Assembly (NCBI RefSeq): GCF_000803625.1
Contig: NZ_CP007496.1
Span: forward strand, 420,001 to 452,000
DNA length: 32,000 bases
Source of the DNA: Candidatus Nanosynbacter lyticus
GTDB taxonomy: Bacteria > Patescibacteriota > Saccharimonadia > Saccharimonadales > Saccharimonadaceae
Reading direction: 5' to 3'
Below, piece after piece: positions 27,341 through 32,000 of this stretch. How positions within the stretch are numbered: position 1 is the stretch's first letter; every line of letters starts with the position of its first letter. The translations under genes were made by a program, and so were the position numbers. The notes below the pieces were generated by a model. The model was not told the DNA's origin. It saw only the letters and a list, made by a program, of their open reading frames with translations, and made no database searches.

Positions 27341-28804
27341 CTATAATTTTTCGCGAATCAATTTCTGCGCCAGGCTCGGATTAGCCTGACCTTTAGAACG
27401 CTTCATGACTTGACCAACTAGGTAACCAATGGCCTTATCTTTACCGGCTTTAATGTCAGCAATGGAAGCTCCCGAGGCTGGGTCGCTGAGTACTTCGTCG
27501 ACGATGGCGGCAATGGCGCCTTCGTCAGATACCTGCAGCAAGTTCTTTTCTTCGGCAAGCTTGCGCGGATGTATGGCACCCGCCAATAATTCATTAAACA
27601 ATTCCTTGGCATTGGTACTGGAAATCTCCGCCTTCTCGGTCATCTCCGCCAGCTCCACCAAATCCTCAACTGATACGCGCGGCGCACTAGCATCAACTGA
27701 CGTACTGTCATTATTGGTGTCATTATCGCCAGCGGTCAAAGCACTAGCAAACCAGTGTGCCACTCGCTTAGCAGACGCGTCACCTGATTTCTCTTGAACT
27801 TCCAGCATGATACGGGCGTAATTTTGGTTCGATAGCAGCGAATTAACCACTGATTTATCCAAGCCTAGTCCGCTCCATTTTTCACGATATTCACCCGGCA
27901 ACATCGGTACTTCAGCCTGAATTCGCGCAATTTCCTCATCGCTCAGCACCACTGGCGGAATGTCAGCATCAGGCATGTAGCGATAATCCTGGGCGTCCTC
28001 TTTTGAACGCTGCGAAGTGGTAATTTGTTTATCATCACTCCAGCCGCGGGTCTCCTGCACCACCGACTCACCACTTTCCAGCAGGTCAACTTGACGTTTG
28101 AATTCGTATTCAGCGGCACGCTCGACGCTGCGAAACGAATTGAGATTTTTGACTTCCGCGCGCTTACCGAGCTCAGTCGCGCCTTTCTTAGCCACCGAAA
28201 TATTAACGTCAAAGCGCATGTTACCATGATACAAATCACCGTGCGTCACGCCAGCATAAACCATTAATTTGTGCAGCTCCGAAGCGTAGGCTTTGGCCTC
28301 CTCGGCAGAATGAATATCCGGCTCAGAAACAATTTCGATCAGCGGCGTACCAGCACGGTTGAGGTCGACCAACGAGTACCCATCGTGATGAGTCAACTTG
28401 CCAGCGTCTTCCTCCATGTGCGCGTGATGAATCCGTACTCGTTTGAGCGAGCCATCCTCCAGCGGCGCATCGACATAGCCAGCCAAAATGATCGGCTGGT
28501 ACATCTGTGAGGTCTGATAGCCCTTTGGCAGGTCAGGATAGAAATAATGTTTGCGATCAAATCGGCTAACGCGAGCAATCGGCGCATTCAACGCTTTACC
28601 GGCGCGCACCGCCAGTTCGACAGCGTGCTTGTTGAGCACTGGTAGCATTCCTGGCAGACCGAAGTCGATTTGGTGCGTTTTTTCGTTTGGCTCGGCGTCG
28701 CGGGCGTCGTTGTCAGCCGGGCTGAACAATTTGGTCTTGGTCGCCAGCTGGACGTGGCATTCGATACCAATAGTCATTTCATATTCATCATATACACTCA
28801 TCAT
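27341..28804 (-). CDS. gatB: Asp/Glu-tRNA(Asn/Gln) amidotransferase subunit B
   Basis: IGIECHVQLATKTKLFSP, HYFYPDLPKGYQTSQ, HMEEDAGKL, VDLNRAGTPLIEIVSEPD, C-terminal YqeY-like tail. Confidence 0.95.
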   Translation of the reverse strand: MMSVYDEYEMTIGIECHVQLATKTKLFSPADNDARDAEPNEKTHQIDFGLPGMLPVLNKHAVELAVRAGKALNAPIARVSRFDRKHYFYPDLPKGYQTSQMYQPIILAGYVDAPLEDGSLKRVRIHHAHMEEDAGKLTHHDGYSLVDLNRAGTPLIEIVSEPDIHSAEEAKAYASELHKLMVYAGVTHGDLYHGNMRFDVNISVAKKGATELGKRAEVKNLNSFRSVERAAEYEFKRQVDLLESGESVVQETRGWSDDKQITTSQRSKEDAQDYRYMPDADIPPVVLSDEEIARIQAEVPMLPGEYREKWSGLGLDKSVVNSLLSNQNYARIMLEVQEKSGDASAKRVAHWFASALTAGDNDTNNDSTSVDASAPRVSVEDLVELAEMTEKAEISSTNAKELFNELLAGAIHPRKLAEEKNLLQVSDEGAIAAIVDEVLSDPASGASIADIKAGKDKAIGYLVGQVMKRSKGQANPSLAQKLIREKL

Positions 28805-29220
28805 AACGCTCCCAAATCTTTTAGTGCTTGTTCAAAGCTTGTCATGGCTCGTCGAAAACTCTGCGCGGTTAGTTTCACGTTGGTTTCGTGGGCAATTTGA
28901 TTGCGCAATTTGTGTGCCGCCCACAAGCCATTTTCATCCGTCCAATCACCCTTGCGAGCTTTCAGTCTGTCGCCCATCGTCGTACCCGCCACGCCAGATT
29001 CACGCATGGCTTTGTCTAGTAGTTTGTCGGCTTTGACAATTGCCATTTGCAGGCTATCCGCGTTACCCGCCTTAGCGCCGCGCTGAATTGCCCGCCAAAC
29101 TTTTCGGTACATTTCCCTGTCGAGTTTTTGATGTCCGCGTGATGTTAATTGGATAAAAATAATCAACAAAGCACCAATCACCAGCGCCGCTACCACCAGC
29201 GCAATCAACAATCCATCCAT
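28801..29220 (-). CDS. Hypothetical single-TM protein between gatA and gatB
   Basis: 139-aa ORF, start overlaps gatA stop and end overlaps gatB start; C-terminal HKLRNQIAHE motif. Confidence 0.75.
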   Translation of the reverse strand: MDGLLIALVVAALVIGALLIIFIQLTSRGHQKLDREMYRKVWRAIQRGAKAGNADSLQMAIVKADKLLDKAMRESGVAGTTMGDRLKARKGDWTDENGLWAAHKLRNQIAHETNVKLTAQSFRRAMTSFEQALKDLGAL

Positions 29221-30590
29221 CAGGCAGCCTCCACTTCTGACGCCAACTTCAGCAAGTTGCTGTCTGACTGGCGGTCACCAATCAGCTGCACGCCAATTGG
29301 CAAGCCTTCATCGTTACTTCCAGCTGGCACGGAAATTGCCGGCAGCCCCGCCAGGCTGGCTGGCACCGTCATGATATCCGCTAGGTACATCTTGATTGGA
29401 TCATTGGTATTTTCGCCAAGTTTGAACGCCGGTGTTGGTGCAACTGGCATCAACAGTGCGTCGTACTCAGCAAACAACTGTTTGAACTCATTGATAAGCA
29501 GCGTGCGCGCTTTTTGTGCCTGCATATAGTAAGCGTCAAAGAAACCGCTCGACAACACAAAACTACCGATCATAATTCGCCGTTTATTCTCCATCGTAAA
29601 ACCTTCGTTGCGGCTGCGACCATACAATTCCGCCAGCGTTTTCACTTCAGCCGCCCGGTGGCCATAACGCACGCCATCATAGCGCGCCAAGTTTGACGAT
29701 ATCTCCGCTGGTACAATGATGTAATACATGGCCAGCGAATGCTGCATCATGCTGAGGTCCACTTCTTCAACATCATAACCCAGCCGCTTCAATTTCCCAG
29801 CATAATCAAGCGTTGTTTGGCGAACTGCCGCGTCCACGCTATCAGTCATACACTGCTTCACCAAACCAATCTTCTTCTTAGTAAAGCCTGGCTGACTCTG
29901 CCAAAAGTCCGGTAGCGTGGTCATATCCTTGTCGTCACGGCCCGCCATGATTTCCATCACCAAATTAGCGTCATCAGCATTCCTCGCGAAACAACCAATA
30001 GTGTCGGTGCTCGAGGCCATAGCTACTACGCCGTAGCGACTGACTGCACCGTAAGTTGACTTAACACCGACTACGCCGTTAAAGCTGGCAGGCTGACGAA
30101 TCGAACCGCCAGTGTCTGTACCCAGCGCAAACGGCACCACATCAAGCGCTGTCACTACCGCCGAACCACCCGATGAACCGCCAGCTACGCGAGTTTTGTC
30201 CGCAGCGTTTTTGGTCGGACCAAAGGCCGAGTTTTCTGTCGAACCGCCATGGGCAAAGGCGTCCAAGTTGGCCTTGCCGATGCAGATTGCGCCTTCAGCC
30301 TCCAACTTCTCAACGGCTGTGGCTTGCAGTGGCGCGTTAAAATTCTCGAGCATTTTTGCGGCAGCAGTTGTCGGCGCCCCAAAGGCCAAAAAATTGTCTT
30401 TCACAACAAATGGCACGCCGGACAGCCGCCCAGAAACTTCGCCCTTATCCACCAGCTCGGCTCGCTCCAACGCCCGCTCTTCCGTTAAACTGAGTAGTGC
30501 ATGATATTCTTCAATCTCGCGCGCTCGTCGCAACGCCTCTTTGACATTTTCGACTGCACTCTTTCCGGTAAAATCACTAATCCGACTCAT
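29220..30590 (-). CDS. gatA: Asp/Glu-tRNA amidotransferase subunit A
   Basis: Amidase signature GGSSGGSAVVTALDVVPFALGTDTGGSIRQPASFNGVVGVKSTYGAVSRYG. Confidence 0.95.
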   Translation of the reverse strand: MSRISDFTGKSAVENVKEALRRAREIEEYHALLSLTEERALERAELVDKGEVSGRLSGVPFVVKDNFLAFGAPTTAAAKMLENFNAPLQATAVEKLEAEGAICIGKANLDAFAHGGSTENSAFGPTKNAADKTRVAGGSSGGSAVVTALDVVPFALGTDTGGSIRQPASFNGVVGVKSTYGAVSRYGVVAMASSTDTIGCFARNADDANLVMEIMAGRDDKDMTTLPDFWQSQPGFTKKKIGLVKQCMTDSVDAAVRQTTLDYAGKLKRLGYDVEEVDLSMMQHSLAMYYIIVPAEISSNLARYDGVRYGHRAAEVKTLAELYGRSRNEGFTMENKRRIMIGSFVLSSGFFDAYYMQAQKARTLLINEFKQLFAEYDALLMPVAPTPAFKLGENTNDPIKMYLADIMTVPASLAGLPAISVPAGSNDEGLPIGVQLIGDRQSDSNLLKLASEVEAA

Positions 30591-30877
30591 TACAATACCT
30601 GCGGCACTTTCACTTGATTGTTCTGTTTTTCAGGCGCCAGCTCAAGTAACTCGTCTCGAGAAATCCCTGACTGAACCTCATCTTCACGCCAGACATTTTC
30701 TAGACCCGTCACTTGATAAGTTGACTCCACACCAGACGTATCGAGCTCGCCCAGCTGCTCAATATAGCCAATTATATTTTCCAAATCCTGGCGTAGTCCA
30801 TCAACTTCATCATCGGCCAATGCCAGACTACTTAAACTCGCCAAGTGCTGAATATCACTGGTAGAAATATTTGTCAT
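30590..30877 (-). CDS. gatC: Asp/Glu-tRNA amidotransferase subunit C
   Basis: IQHLASLSSLALADDEVDGLRQDLENIIGYIEQLGELDT; TAATG overlap with gatA. Confidence 0.9.
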   Translation of the reverse strand: MTNISTSDIQHLASLSSLALADDEVDGLRQDLENIIGYIEQLGELDTSGVESTYQVTGLENVWREDEVQSGISRDELLELAPEKQNNQVKVPQVL

Positions 30878-30883
30878 ATCAAT

Positions 30884-30892
30884 ATTATACCA
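30884..30892 (-). promoter_or_regulatory. Extended -10 TGG-TATAAT of gatC
   Basis: Hexamer 30889..30884, 6 nt before ATG 30877. Confidence 0.7.
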
Positions 30893-30893
30893 C

Positions 30894-30927
30894 TAAAAAA
30901 AGTCGCCCATCAAAGTGAGCGACTTTT
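30894..30927 (-). terminator. Intrinsic terminator after the 30939-31775 gene
   Basis: Minus strand AAAAGTCGC...GCGACTTTTTTT, 9-bp stem. Confidence 0.85.
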
Positions 30928-30938
30928 ATCATTATAAC

Positions 30939-31775
30939 TTAGTTATATTGCTTTAATTTTAAAGATTCGCGATATTTTTTAAGCTGAGACTCGTAGTCAG
31001 ATGGGATATCCTGCCCCTGCCGTGTTGATCTGCCAGTAGAAGAACCGCCCTTATCATGAACTTTAACGGCGATAGTGATAGCGCCAGTCAGCAAGACTAC
31101 AACAGAAACTGCAATGAGTACCAAAGACATAATCTTTGATTTGTTTCGGCCCTGAATGATCTGATAAATAAAGTAGCTAGTCGCAACCACTACTGCAAGA
31201 GCCAGCGCATAAGGCAAGAACTCACTCAGATACAGGCTCTTGTAAACTTCTCCACCGGCTGCACCGATAAATAACAATGAGCTAATAAGGATACTCACCA
31301 AGCGTGCAATCAAATCAACAGCTGGAATAATTAAAGCAGCCAATCCGCCATAAGTCACCAATTTGTAAGCCGTGCGGTTTGTATAACCCTCACGATCTGA
31401 CACCGCCTTTGATACGCGAGAAAATAGAACACAAGCTAGAATAGCTAAGACAACTGTAAACACTGACGCTGCGACAATTCCAGTTCCTGCCGTCACCATT
31501 GTTGGAGCCAAGAATCCACCGACGGTCCTTATTGCACCTGAAGTCGTATCCGACCAAAGACCAACTACACTTGTAATTACGTTAATCAATAAGAATGCTG
31601 AAACGACTGTCGAAGCCATTGCCAAAGCGTATTCTAACGTAAGAAGTTTTGCCTTACCTTTATTTGGGTCAGCATACACGTATTGCTGTGGGTATGCTGG
31701 ATAGCCTACTGGCTGCTGCACCGGCATTTCTGGTTGCGCAACGGCTGATGGCTGTGGTTGTTGTTTTGTTGCCAT
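30939..31775 (-). CDS. Multi-pass membrane protein with Pro/Gln-rich cytosolic N-terminus
   Basis: 278-aa ORF with about 5 hydrophobic segments; perfect SD AGGAGG before ATG. Confidence 0.75.
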   Translation of the reverse strand: MATKQQPQPSAVAQPEMPVQQPVGYPAYPQQYVYADPNKGKAKLLTLEYALAMASTVVSAFLLINVITSVVGLWSDTTSGAIRTVGGFLAPTMVTAGTGIVAASVFTVVLAILACVLFSRVSKAVSDREGYTNRTAYKLVTYGGLAALIIPAVDLIARLVSILISSLLFIGAAGGEVYKSLYLSEFLPYALALAVVVATSYFIYQIIQGRNKSKIMSLVLIAVSVVVLLTGAITIAVKVHDKGGSSTGRSTRQGQDIPSDYESQLKKYRESLKLKQYN

Positions 31776-31805
31776 ATTACCTCCTAATCTAATAATAATT
31801 CTATT

Positions 31806-32000
31806 CTACATGGTCTGGCGAATTTCTGCAATCAAATCACGCAGCTCCGCCGCTTTTTCAAACTCCAAGTTAGCACTATGCAGTTCCATTTGACCAGTCA
31901 GCTCCTTGATCAGCGTCGGATATTCGTCCTTTGGAATTTTCTTCAAATCAAGCTTTGGCTTTTTGTCCGATTCTTTTTGCGGAATGATGGAACGCAGACC
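31806..32000 (-). CDS. uvrB: UvrABC system protein B, C-terminal part (runs off window)
   Basis: Reverse complement ends ...GLRSIIPQKESDKKPKLDLKKIPKDEYPTLIKELTGQMELHSANLEFEKAAELRDLIAEIRQTM*, UVR domain. Confidence 0.88.
   Translation of the reverse strand, partial: GLRSIIPQKESDKKPKLDLKKIPKDEYPTLIKELTGQMELHSANLEFEKAAELRDLIAEIRQTM

Noticed and set aside
1-32000. Alternative genetic code (UGA recoded, as in some CPR groups)
   Set aside because: TGA is used as a natural terminator in several genes (for example dnaE, GNAT, nuclease) and conserved Trp/Gly positions use normal codons.
1-32000. CRISPR array, transposase, phage or defence island
   Set aside because: No regularly spaced repeats, integrase/transposase ORFs or recognisable defence genes; the gene content is housekeeping.

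Overview
Chromosomal, housekeeping-type window. The gene set, compact spacing and use of TGA as stop suggest a Candidatus Saccharibacteria/CPR-like genome; this is inference only, with no marker search done. Genes in order: tyrS (partial, -), class A PBP (+), then a minus-strand block of yacL-like PIN/TRAM, radA, HExxH membrane protein, clpC, nusA, GNAT and secreted HNH/DUF1524-like nuclease. These are followed by pepN-like M1 aminopeptidase (+), a Cys-motif hypothetical (-), an rnhB-yraN fusion (-), a membrane protein (-), rplS (-), malic enzyme (+), a large hypothetical (-), pilB-like ATPase (-), spoU-like methyltransferase (+), a small membrane protein (+), dnaE (-), two small membrane proteins (-), galU (-), gatB/ORF/gatA/gatC (-), a membrane protein (-) and uvrB (partial, -). 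I found no CRISPR, defence island, mobile element, tRNA or rRNA. The main unusual signal is in the non-coding DNA. At nine genes a TATAAT-like -10 box sits exactly 6 nt from the start codon with no Shine-Dalgarno, which predicts systematic leaderless transcription. One case is a 20-bp divergent region whose shared palindromic ATTATAAT provides a -10 in both directions. In other places promoters are fused to upstream stop codons or terminators. A 15-bp-stem hairpin has its outer base pairs formed by the stop codons of two convergent genes. No clearly new multi-gene system is supported.
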